From assembly GCA_964057225.1 (NCBI GenBank), contig OZ059895.1:5952001-6016000 (forward strand): 64,000 nt of DNA, in the 5' to 3' direction. The notes below the pieces were generated by a model. It was given only the letters and a program-made list of their open reading frames with translations. It did not search any database and was not told the origin of the DNA. Position numbers and translations under genes: made by a program. The stretch's first letter is position 1; the number at the start of each line of letters is the position of its first letter. This stretch comes from Auanema rhodensis (taxonomy: Eukaryota > Animalia > Nematoda). Shown one piece after another: positions 43,217 to 56,114 of the stretch.

Positions 43217-45376
43217 CTAGGCACGTTGTGGTCAAGTTGCTCTGTTGCTGTCACATTCAAGCCTGAAGTTCAATCATTCTTTTTTGGAAGCTTAAGCTGT
43301 TTTTATTAAAAGTTAAAGCATTGATGTCATGTAACAATATGAGTCAAGAAACACTGATCTTGAGAATAGATTCTCATGCTACACTAGACTATGAATTGTG
43401 ATTCAGACTGCAGTGCATAGGTTCTCATCCATCATCCTAACACTGTTCAAAGAATTCAACGAGTGTATTACAAATCCGGTGTTATGACAAATCCATTAAT
43501 AAACATTCGTTGTTGCTTCAATTGAAGATTATGATCTAGTAACGATGGCATTCTTTCAACTCTGACGAGAACGGATCTTCTTGGTTTCAGATTCACATTC
43601 AGGTTGCAACAAAGAAGAACAAGAAGTCCATAGTAATCATATTAATGCATTAACAGACTTTTAAAACTATGAAAGATTTAAGATACGAATACAGTCTAGA
43701 TTTTACAAGGTTTCCTTCGGCATAACACAAAAGAAGCCATGGGCAAGCAGAGAAAGAAACATTGTTGTTCTATGGAATTGTTATTGGAAACAAATTACAA
43801 TGTGTTTGTTTTTTTCTGATCTTCTTGATATGATCATCATTACTTAATGTTGTATGAATTAAACATATACTTGAACACGAAGCTTGAATGAAAACATCTA
43901 AGTTTTATTAATTAAAACGTCAGCAACCCAGAAAGCTAGCACATACACGGAAACGGGTTCTGTATCTTTTTTTTCTTCATCTTTCTAAGTGACTAGAGTA
44001 AAGTAGCTGGCTGGCATTAGCAGTCGTATCTAAAGTTAGGCAAAGAAAGCGGTGAATGACAGATATAGGAATTGTTTGGCAAATCATAGAAAGTCCATCA
44101 TCTATATCAGTATAGTTTCTTATACCAGATTTTATGACTATTTCTTTAAATTCCACGAAAATTTGGTCGTTTTCCTTTTTTTTAATCTTTTAAAAATTTC
44201 TCTGAAAAATAGTAGAACGGCGTTAAACTTCATATATAAAGATTACAATAAAGCTTTATCTTCTTCACATACTTTTTAATTTATTATCTGCATGCTCAAT
44301 GAATAATATAAACGGAGTGTTCAATATTAGTAAGATAACAGATTATATATATATTTTTTACGTAAAACTATTTGAAAAATTAATAAACATAGAAAGTTCA
44401 CACAAAAAAAAAAACATTTTTTTTATACCTCAAAAAAATTAGGATTTTCACCCTAAAGTACAACCTAACCAGTTACAACAGATAAATCAGATTCTTGATC
44501 ACAAAAAAGAGGCGTAGAAGTGATGAAAAGCTTTCAAGTTTTTTATAAATGTATTTTCTTTTGGAATGCTGTTTTCACCTTTCCACGAAAACGTCACTAT
44601 TTTGATTTACAACTTTTCCGGAGTGTTTATAATTTTCTTACGTTTTCGAACAAAATTTAAAATAGAAAACAAAAAATAAAATCTGAAAACGAAATTATCC
44701 TTCAGACCTCCAATAAATAAGTTTAAAAAAAAAGATATATATTATGAAAAGATTTTTTACAAATTTCAGCTGAAAAGTCTTATCTTAATCACAACTCGTT
44801 TTCTCTTTCATATTGACTGTAATGCCATATAAAGAAAAGCTATATGAAGAAGATAATAAATTAGAAAACATTTACTTTTTTTCTTTTACAGGTAAAACAG
44901 TGAACGAGAAAAACGGTTATGCTGAAGAATGTCTGATAATTTCGAAATAGTGAGGGACATAAAGTAATAACTACTGTTATATAATATACATATAAGTACA
45001 TTATAGTTTACAAGCCAATTTGCACAAAAACGTGAAGCTTATCTTTTTTAAAAAACAATATCAAAATATTTTATATAACTACTTTTCAGAATTAGTTTCA
45101 ATGTATTTATCTATTCATCAAGCTATAATACTAAAATTATTTTAATTTGAAACTTGGCGTTTTTTTCTGACTACAGTATTTTTGGCTCGAATCTGCTAAT
45201 AATTGTGCTCTAACGCTAATAGTTTGACCTAGTTCACTCGCGTCGTTTACTTCCACATTTAAAACATTTTGAAATAGTTGTTTTTGCAATGTTGTATACG
45301 GTGGAAGAATGTTGATTTTGAACTTACTTTAACCAAATTATTATTCCACTTTCTTATGCTTTTACTATAATAGAAA

Positions 45377-47717
45377 ATGACGGCGGACGAAGAAGAGATT
45401 GAAAGAAAGTCAATGGTTGGTTCTGCTCCTACCAGGAGGAGTTCTTCTGCTACAACCCCAAGACCTCAAAGTATGTTTTAAATTTTTTTATTTATTTTGT
45501 TAATTAATATATTATTTTTTAAAGGAGGTGCATCTCTTCGCGTATCTCTAAAAAGTGATAGGAAGCGGAAGCGAGAAGTTGAATCGGAAGATGAGAGTGA
45601 TAAGAATGAGGTAGTTTTTAAGATAAATTTAGTTCTCTAGTGAAATTTATTTGAAGAATGATAGTGATGCAGATTCATCTAATGATGAAACCGAAGAGAA
45701 CACTGCCGTTGTTGGAAAGAAAAAAAAAGTATGTTTTATTTGCCGCCTCGCAATTAATAAGTTATCTTCAGAGAAGAAGAGCTTCAAAATTACTCACAGA
45801 TTCTGTTGCTCGTAAGAAAAGAAATGAAGCTAGGAAGTCTGCCGCAGTAGAACGTGTTGTTCCTGTTCCTGAATCTCCAGAGGCAAAGACTCCAACTCCC
45901 GAACCGGAGCCTGAGCCAGTTATTAAACCTCCATCAGTTCGACAGTAAGCTTTTTTTATAGATGACACTGTAAGTGAATATAATTTAAAGATACACCGCG
46001 TTTCAATTGATGTGCGATCATTTGCTGCGTAAAATCCAGTCCAAGGACCCTGAAGAGTTTTTTGCTTTTCCCGTAACCCCTTCAATGGCTCCAGATTACC
46101 ATACAATAATCACTCACCCTATGGACTTTATTTCTATGAGGTATTTTTAAAGTTTCTTCAAGTTCTATCAATTTTTTTAGGAACAAAATTGAAGATGATA
46201 AATATGAAAATATTCATCAGATGAAGGCAGATGCTGAATTAATTGTTTCCAATGCATTGACCTATAATAACGCAAACACGGTTATTTCTAGACTAGATAT
46301 TTTTGTTTATGTTTTTTTTTGCAGGTTTATCACTTAGCGGCTACTCGCCTGTCCACTATTACTAAGTATTATTTTTCTGAAAATTATATTCGATATATTT
46401 TCCATACTCTGCCTTTTGCTAATCAAGTGAGTGCACATATCTGTTATATATTTTAAGGTGTGATCTAGGTATCACTGGAGAAGGTTGGATTGACTCCGTT
46501 AATGCCTATTCCTCGATGGGAAAATAGAAAACGGGATTTGGTGAGAGATTCAATGACAGCAGAAGATTGTAAAAATATGGCTGATAATGCAGTTAAACAA
46601 AAACTCTCCACGAGAGTACCACCAAAAATAGCATTTGTAGATAATAAGGTGAGTATAAGATATAACATCATGAATTATATAATTATATTAGGGTGGCGCT
46701 ACCACATTAAATATCATCGCCGAGACGGAACATAAGCCTCTCAGACTAATTGACATTATCGGCCCTCTTGAGGAAGGAAATCCTGGGATGTTAACTCTTG
46801 GGGATCACAGGTAAATTTTGAATATAGATCTCTTTGTTTATTACGTATTTGAGATTATCCTCTGTTTCTGCTATAAATTATCTTAATTATGGGCCCTTCT
46901 GCTCGTTTGCCCCTCAATATGATTCAACATGGGCGTCGTTAACTAAAAAAGATTCTGATCTGTTGTTACGGTAAAAATATAAAAGTTTCTGTTTGCTGAA
47001 TGTGTTTTATTGAAGAACTTACGGAGATAGATCTACTGCTTCAGAAGTTATGTCTTTAAGAAATATGGTTGCTGATTCGAGTGATCAATTTATTAAAGTT
47101 GTTGACGATATGCTTGATACATTAACTAATGGGGAACATAGGAAAACCTTAAATGTTCTTGAGAAGAAAGTAGTAATGGTGAAATGTTTTTTTCACTATT
47201 TTCAACTGTCAATTTATTTCATTCTAGCCTAAAGGATCAGAACCTGTACAGGAACTTTTAGACGATGTTGAGACTTTAGAGAATATTGGTATTGATACTT
47301 CGTTCATTAACGATATTCGGCAAAGTCTTCATGCTTCCAAGAATACCAGTATTCAGGTAATTCAAATCAAAATTCAATTTTTGTACATTTTTTTTATAGG
47401 CACAATTAGACCAATCGGGTCAAGCTATAATGGATTTACAACGGTTACAGTATGAACGATTATCTAAGCAGCCTCCCACTACCTTGAATAAGGCTAGTCA
47501 ACCTTCAGCTGTTGAAATGCAATTGGCTGGTAATGTTCAGCAACAATTGACTTCACAGGTATTGTTCAAAATCAACTTCCAACATTGAAATATTATTAAG
47601 GTATCTAATCATATACCCCCTGGACAGCTGGTTTCTGCTCCTACAATTCATAATGCTATAGGAATTCAGCAAGATGAGTTCGACATGGATATCTTAGGAG
47701 AGTTCTTTGTAACATAA
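45377..47717 (+). CDS. swsn-9: Bromodomain protein BRD7/BRD9 (SWI/SNF subunit)
   Basis: KDPEEFFAFPVTPSMAPDYHTIITHPMDF..NALTYNNANTVYH; DUF3512-like YLNYGPFCSFAPQYDSTWASLTKKDSDLL.TYGD. Confidence 0.9.
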
Positions 47718-48007
47718 TTAATTACGTTTTACACTCTCTTGTTTATGCATCTATTTACATCTCATAACTAATTACTGGTTAAGGTGCAATTCCTTTGTAT
47801 ATAAACTGCATTATTTGTTTTCAAACATCATTTATCTTCTAATTTATTTCTTCATCAAACTTTTGTAAACATAGTTTGCGATAACACAATAATATCTCGA
47901 TGCATAAACTTCCTTTTCATTATCTCTAGTTTGATTTTGGTGTTTCCGATATTATCCAAACCCAACTGTTGGTGAACCATTGTGTTTAATTCTATAATTA
48001 CATCTAG

Positions 48008-51000
48008 ATGACACAAGAATTAAGTTCGGTTTCAATATCAGCTACACAGAAGACCAGAGCAAATATTGGAACTTTCTTGAATGATTTTTCTGAAAAATAT
48101 AAACAGGTGGGAGACATAATGTCTGAGGTTTTGTCATGTTTAGTTCACCAGGTTGAAAACATAGAGAAAGAAGACATAGAACCTCGACTTCTAAGTCAAA
48201 TAAGAAATTACATTAGACAAATTCATGATGAAAAAAGAAGAGTTCGTTTGATGAGATTTGTTTCAAGTCTTTTATTTGATTGTAGGACAGAATTCATAAA
48301 TATATTTGTGCTGATTCAGACAAAGAGGGTAAATTTTTAGAATCCTTCGTTTCTACATGGTCTGTACTTATTCTCAAACAACATTCTAAGCTGTGTTAAA
48401 GGTTTCAAGCTCTTAGATTGCTAGATGAAGATGTAGGAGACAAACGATTTGCAACAATGGCATTAATCTTTCGAAAAGTGAAGATATGCCATCTCCCAGT
48501 TTATGTTTTTGTCAGTATTTATAATATTTTAGTAGCTGAGGTAGTAAAGTAAATAACTGTATAATTACGACATTGCTTGTACTAGATTGAGAAATGCACG
48601 ACTCCAGAATTGAAAGATTTAGTGAAATTTATTGATGACTCAATTGGAGATGATACAAATCCAACAAAAAGGTAACAAGTTTGCCTATATTATTTTTTAT
48701 TTTAGGCTAATGATTGTTTCTAATAATAATCGTTTAGATGGAGAGATTGTATTCTTCTACTTCTAACCAAAGTTAAGAAAACGCCTAGAGTATGCTCCAT
48801 CATTTCATTTAAAATACTTGAAAATTTTAATGTAGATTTCATCTGGAACGTCAACGATGGATGGCAAAGATTTTACTGAAAATATATTGAATGAATGGTT
48901 GATTAGATCCCAACATAGTGCAGTCTTTAACCATGTTGTATCCATAGCGATGTAAGTGCTTTATCAAACCATACTGCTTAAAACATTGGATTAAGATCAA
49001 TGGATAGCAAGTTTATTGTTGAAAAATTCATGACAAACTACTTACTGGAAAGAATTGATGAAGAAGAAGATAAAGTTCTCTTAACCATGAAAGCAATATG
49101 CTTACTAGAAATTGCCAATGAAAAACAGTCAGAAAATAATATTGTTTCAAATTAGTTAACAATTTATTTATAGATGTGATAGAATTCTGAGAGCTCTGAC
49201 AACCGTCTGGCCATTTAGAGAAAATGAATCTTCTAACAATCTTTTATCTTGCATGGAATTATTATCCAAAACGCTCTCAGAACATCCTACGGTTTCAAAA
49301 GTGTTCATGGCCTTCTTTAAAGTGCATTATATCTCTTCTAAATTCAATAATCAGATACAATGTTCCAGATTCAAAAAGGAGAAGTTTTGAGCAGCTCTTT
49401 TGCGTTTTGTACCCTTTTATGTATATGCGGAATCGAAAGATACAAGGTTTCTTGTTTTCCTCATATGAGATTATACTTTATTATTTATTCAAGTACACAT
49501 TGTTTCCGATCGTAAAACGAACTATATTGAAAGTTTGGAAATTTGATGACGATGTTTCTGACATTGGGTGGGTTGAAGCTTGTAATTGTGCTGACTATCC
49601 AGACAAAGTTCGCAAGCAGGTATGAAATATCGAATGTTTTTGCATATAATAACTTTTTCGTTATTACAGATCGAACATGTTGTTGATTTATTCGTTGATG
49701 AGGCTTGGTGGAAACTTTTAGGAACTCCAGTTTTATGTCTTGCTCAATCTATGCTGGAAAGTTCTACATCGAAAGAGGTTCAATTGTATTTTATTAAATG
49801 TTATTTAAAACATTTTATTTAGATTATTATTGTCGATGGTCGTGTTGCTGGTGGTCCAAAAATATGGCTTTTTGCAAAAGAGATAATGTTGAAAGTAAGA
49901 TATATCTTGAAACATATGCCTATCGTTGACTTCAGTGTCTTCTCTCTCAACAAAATGCTATTGAAACTCATTTATCCTATCTTTTGCAATATATTGCATC
50001 AACTTCATCTTTGGAATCTGCATTAGTTTTGATTGGTTTTTAACTTTTCTGGATTACCTTTATTTATTATTTTTTTTAGATGTTTTATTAGAAGTTGTTA
50101 AAAGATGTTCAGTAGAGGTACTGAGTAACTGGAAGCTATTAGACGGTATAATTTCTAATCTTATATTAAACTGTGAACAAGAAACCTAGGTCTATTTGAT
50201 TATGTCTGTAGAATGAGACGAGATGTAGCTATTTCGTTGATTCGCTGTTTGTTACCTATAATCAGCAATAGGTCCCAATTGCGTGAAGCTTTATTTCGTA
50301 GTTTGAAGGTTGTATTAATCTTTTTGATTGTCCTTCTTATTATTGCTTTCAGAAAGATCTAATAGATCCTAATAAGGTTACTGCCGCAGTTCCTATTCTT
50401 CTTTTACTTTTGAGAAGCGTTTGTAAAAGAAAAACTGCTGCCATGAAGGATGGACAGTTGTCTCAATCTTTTGGTAGCTTCTCCACACAGGTTTCTTTTT
50501 TTAGATATTTTATCTTCATGTTTTCTGATTTTAGTGTTTATCACAAATGGGCCTAAAGCGTGGTACTGACGACTCTCTGAGTCTGGAAATAGTTGGAATC
50601 CTTAAACGTTGTCTAACTCAACCAACTGTCACCAAGTATGAACTAAAATAAAAATTGTTCTTAAATTAATTTAAAATATAGGATTGCTTTCTACGATGGA
50701 GTATGTGAAGCTGCAAGTAGAACTCCTTCTTTAGTCACACCGTTTTTGGAAATGTTAATTGCACATGCTTCCACCAGTAATTTTTTTCTTAAATGATTGT
50801 GAAAATATTTTTATTTAGCTCCGGCTTGGACGCCTGAAGCAATGGTTGCGTCGTCTCAGGATGTAACTTTTCTCAGAGAGCCTATGCCTCATCTAATTCA
50901 GGTATGCCTTTGAATTGTTTCTCTTTTTTTATTTTATATAAATATTCAGGCTTTGGAACTTTTAATGTGTGAAACGTTAGCTGCTGCAAATAATGAAAAT

Positions 51001-53698
51001 GCATCACAAGTTAATGATGTTTTGATCAACCGTGTAACTCAATTATTAAGTACATGGGTGGCAGATGCAGCAATTAAAGATATGACAGATTTATGTAAGA
51101 ACAGGATATATAAAGATTTTGTACTTTTTTTTTCCAGCACTCGATAAAGTAGCTGAATGGGATCCAGCTACAAAATCGGGAAGACAGACTTTGGTATTTG
51201 CTCATATGATGTGTAGCCTTTACAATATGTTGATAGAGCATGTTTGGAGGAGAGTTGCTATCTTAAATAGGTTTTGTTACTGATTTAAATCATTATATTA
51301 TTTATTATTTAGACCGGATGACAAAGATTATCTTATTGCTATTCTAAATCGTCGACGAGAACTACAAGATGTTCTTTCCGAAAAAACAATTAAAAGAAAA
51401 GAAACTAAAGGTAAATTTTGTTTTTTCATCGAAGATTATTTTTCATTTAGCCAGATCAAATGACAAAAAAGTTGAGCTAGACTTAGATCAATGCCAAATT
51501 TTAACCAGTGCCGATACTATTTCTGAAATGCTTAATAAAACAATGGAAATGTATGTTGTATTATGCTTAGAACTGATACAATTCTTATTTTTAAGTGAAG
51601 CCGAAACTAATGAATTGTATGTTGTGAAAGAAGATCTTCTGTTTTGGTGCGTCGAAAGAGCTTGTACATTGAGCAAGGTAATATTGATAATCGATTCAAA
51701 CTTAATTTCAAATTCAGTTCCTTAGTCAATCTCATCACCCTCTTCATTCAATGATCTCTAATACAAGTAGTTTAGCCAATATTGGATTGTATGACTTTGT
51801 TTCTTATCTGTTATTATAAGTTTATTTAGTAAGCTGATGACCTTTTATACCGGCTCTGATTGCGTGGATTGGATTCGAGAAATACCATCATTTGAATCGA
51901 GCAAGACTGAGGCCATTATTGCTTACAGTAACATCGTGCGATATTTTTGTGGGAAATTCACAAATTATCCCGAAAGGGTTACGCAGCTGTGTTAGCGAAA
52001 AGATTGATTAATGAAAAATTAAATTTTTTTTAGGGCAACGTCCAGAATCAGAAGGTTCAGTAGGCTCCTCCTCAGAAAACACAGGAAGTGGAGGAATAAA
52101 TGGTATTCTCGTACGACAAGTTCATCTTCTAATGACGAAAACGTATTTATCTGTTGTTACTCTTGAAAGAGGAACTGATGATCCTGTGGACAAGAAGAAA
52201 CATTCGGGGGAGTTTGAGAAACAAGCGAAAGCTATTATCAATGTATATCATACTTTTTTGATCTAAATAATTTTACTTATGTTTCTAGGCTTCGTCTTCT
52301 ATTCTCACCGTAACTAGTAATAGAAAAACTTATAACGCTGCTTTCAAGTTTCTTTTAAGAAGTTTAGAAAAAATGAGTTTTAGTAGGCTATTATTATTAT
52401 ATCTATCATTTACATAGTTTGATTTGTTCAGGCAATGCGACTATTCTTAGAGATTTGTTAAAATTTGTATCTTATCTTGCAATTCAAGCTGCTGATTCGG
52501 ATCATTTGGTATCTGTTTCGATGTGTACTTTGGCAGATGATGTGATTGAGCATTTAAGTGAAGAAGTATTTCAATTTTTTTGTTGGTTTCATTTATGAAT
52601 CTTCAGGGTGACCCTCAATCGTATGCTTTCATTGACAACTTTTCCAATCAAGCTGTGTGTGACTTCCTCATTACTACAACCGAAAAGCTATTAATGTCGG
52701 TTAAACATGTAGTCGTTTTTGCTTCCGAGTTCTACACGAAAGACAACGCAAGTAAGCATCTCTAGGTTTATTTTCTCTTATTTCATGTTGTTAAGTTGAC
52801 ACCTTGGCATCCCATGCAATTACTAAATGTGAAGAATGTTGTGATGTGGTCAGCCGTTTGTTACAACTACATACCCAATTCCATGTTCATAAAGAGAAAG
52901 TGGCACAGGCACTTACTTTTTTGTATTCATCCTTGGATGCTCCAGTGGAGATGGTTTGATATATCCAACATTTAAAAAAATGGAGAGTTTTAAGCTTTTA
53001 AACAATGCTAAGATCATTCCTGAAATGATAGAGTGGGAGTGCATCGACAAATTAGCAGCTTTACTGAAAAAAAAGGTTAACAGTATGTTGTTTGGATTTT
53101 ATAATTTTTATTTACAGATTCACTCTATCATGGCAATTGCTGATGAAAAAGTGGGACTATTGGCTCCGAATGAAATTACTAGTAATAATAAGAAAACTCA
53201 GTTAGTTTTTGAAATGTTACTATATTTTAATTCATATTTTCTAAGAGTTGCCAAAGCAAAAAGAGATGAAACCACATATGTGAAATACGTAAGAACGAGA
53301 GAAACTCTGCAAAGCAGAGTTCTTCTTTTATGTCGTGCTCTGAAGGACGAACGCTTGAATCTGCAAATCCGTGTAAGGGGTTACCAAAATGATACATCTC
53401 ATTCCCGTTGTTTCAGGGAAATTCTATTGGAATTCGCGATTTTCGAATTAATCAGGGTATTTTTGAAGCAAAAATTGCGGCAAACAAAGATGAAGAAGAA
53501 AATGAAAGTGAGGATTCTGATGAAGATAATGAGAAGAGCCAGAATCCTTCAAAGCGTGCTCGATTATCTCCCGAATCCGAAGCACCACAAAATGAAACCG
53601 ACGCTGATGTCACTATGCCATCAGATGATGAGGAAGAAATTGCAAAAGAAGATGGTGCTTCTGATAACGATGACTTGAATATGAGCAAAGTATATTAA
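48008..53698 (+). CDS. fnci-1: Fanconi anemia group I protein
   Basis: Long helical protein. REALFRSLKKDL (ubiquitylated-Lys region), SQ/TQ cluster LSQSFGSFSTQ followed by LEIVGILKRCLTQP, C-terminal AKAKRD..IRDFRI and acidic tail. Confidence 0.8.
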
Positions 53699-53980
53699 AA
53701 TTAGGTTATTTTATAAGGAAAAAACAAATTAATATTTTCTTTGATTTAAGTTTCACTAACATCTGCATGCTATATTTCAACCATGCATTCTTCTACTACC
53801 TCAGGGATATGCAAATGATACTATCAATTAACCTTCAAGGATTCTTTATTTTTTGCATGTATTTTCTGTATATACGTTTCCTACAAAATAAATACTACAT
53901 CAACTATTTGCTTATGCTTATTTGTCATTTGAATGAGTCTTAAACATTTAAGTCATGCTATACGCCTCATCAATTTAATC

Positions 53981-53994
53981 GTTGCCAAGACAAC
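53981..53994 (+). promoter_or_regulatory. X-box (RFX/DAF-19 site) candidate
   Basis: GTTGCC-AA-GACAAC fits GTHNYY-NN-RRNAAC; ~115 bp upstream of ATG 54110. Confidence 0.6.
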
Positions 53995-54109
53995 AGACCG
54001 ATAGGAATATAATATGATCATACCCTAAAGAGTTAGTAAAGCAGTACATTATTTTATTTGTTTTCAAATCTATTCTCTAATCTTTGAATAATTTAGGTAG
54101 TTAACATAC

Positions 54110-54436
54110 ATGGAACAAATTAAACGGCATGAACAAATGCGGAACTACATTGCGCATCGTGAGAGAGTATGTAATATGAACAAAAAAGAATAAATTATTT
54201 TTATTATTATTATTCAGGTTCTTGAAACCAAAAGCGTTGTAAACTCTAGACCCCAAAGTCGGAGTAAAAGTGTTCCTACAAGAAAGAGCTCGGCTCAGGT
54301 AGGTATATTCATTGCTACACACTTTAACCCGAGTTTACAGATTGAACAGCAAAGAAAGATTAATCGAGAAAATCAACGATTACTGCAATCCTTGATTAAA
54401 ATATCGATAAATAAAAGTCCGTACTCTCAGAATTAG
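54110..54436 (+). CDS. 77-aa CFAP97/KIAA1430-domain-like microprotein (3 exons)
   Basis: Exons 54110-54166, 54218-54298 and 54341-54436 joined by canonical phase-0 introns: MEQIKRHEQMRNYIAHRERVLETKSVVNSRPQSRSKSVPTRKSSAQIEQQRKINRENQRLLQSLIKISINKSPYSQN*. Confidence 0.72.
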
Positions 54437-55168
54437 AAGATAAACAGCAATTTATGCTATGTTAAATATAATGTTCCTGTAATAAAGTTTGTATTTCAAT
54501 TTTGTTAAACAGGAATCGTTCTCACGATGAATATTGAAAGAAATGAACACGTTAGTTAACATACTAGGTCATCGAATATAGTTGGCATTTTTTCCTTTAT
54601 GATCTACTTCTTAATATTTGCTTTTTGAAAATAATAAAACTCAATGCGTTCATAATTTCATTCCGAAATCGTGACTGATATTTCTTAATACAGTTCACGT
54701 TTGGCTAATTTTGGCAATTAATCAAAATTGTTTTCCGACAAATTTTTCTCATATTTGAAGACCTCAATAACCATCTCATAACTTAGACAATAAGATAAAT
54801 TGAAATTTTTTAAAGCATTTAATCTCTCGTAAAAATTGTATTATATATTTTAAATATAATATTTCTATGAAGTTTTAAGCGGAAAGCTTAATTTTCAAAG
54901 AATTGAAGGTCTGTGAAAATGGTCCCAAGCAGAATGATAGGTTTGAAAATTGGCATAGCGCCGTACATTTTTCGAAGATGCATCATAATATTTTACTTTT
55001 TTCTTTTAATTGTGTTTTTTCTTTTTTCCTTGAATTTTCGAGAGGAAACATGAAGATAGGATTCGTCTTTATTATGTTGTATACTCATCAAGTCTACAAA
55101 GCTGCTTTATAGATAGTTCTTCAGGGATCTCACTTTATACATTTCCGTAGACATATAAGCCGGTTAAA

Positions 55169-55885
55169 ATGGTGAGGTTTTTAGTTCTTGAATGGACATC
55201 TACATTTTATTTTCAGACTATCAGTAAGAACAATAAAATGATGGCTCACCTGAACTTCAGGATGAAGATTATGTTGCAGGATGGCCGTACTTTCATTGGA
55301 TACTTCAAAGGTGATTAGTAATACAGATAATCTCGGAGCATGCTTTTTTTTCAGCCTTCGACAAACACATGAACATTTTGTTAGCCGATTGTGAAGAGTT
55401 TCGTCAAATCAGACCTAAGCCAGGAAAGAAAGTAATTCCCTTCCAATTCTTATTTCCATATAGGATTTTCATAATTTAGGCTCCCGATGGTGAAGAAAAG
55501 AGAACCTTAGGTTTAGTTCTGTTGAGAGGAGAGCATATCGTTTCCATGACAGTCGACGGTCCTCCATCCAGAGTAAGTGTATCCCTATTTTTCAGAAATA
55601 ACTTTGTATTTCAGGACGACGACTCTTCCAGACTTCCTAAGGCTGGTGGTATGACCGGACCTGGTCAAGCTAAGCCTGCTGGTAGAGGTATGCCTGTTAT
55701 GCCTGCTGGAATGCCTGCTGCTGTCCCTCCTCGTGGTCTATCTGGAGCAGTTGCTGGTGTTGGTATGTGACTTTTCGATATATCATACATTGTTACTTTT
55801 TTCTTCTTCAGGAGGACCTGGTATGGCTGGTATGGTCCCATCAGCTTTCCCTGCTGCTCCTGGAATTCCTCCTCGTCCGTTCTAA
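55169..55885 (+). CDS. snr-2: Sm protein B/B'
   Basis: M|[68 protein letters not shown]; Pro/Gly tail. Confidence 0.96.
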
Positions 55886-56114
55886 AGTGGTCCAAGATCT
55901 CTTTTTTTTTTGCACATGTTGCTTATTTATCGTTTGGATTATCTCATTGCATCCCGTTCATTGTTGTCCATAACTTTGTTACTTTCCCCACACGGGCAGT
56001 AAAGTCTTACAATATATTTTGTATATTTCTTTTTCGTACTATGCGAATTTATACTTGGAATGTTGTGTTAGTGTTTTCACGGATATCTTTATTTCTTCAG
56101 GGTTTAGTACAAAA

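Noticed and set aside
48478-48540. Apparent micro-exon in FANCI
   Set aside because: The segment reads through in frame (KVKICHLPVYVFVSIYNILVAE), so no intron is needed.
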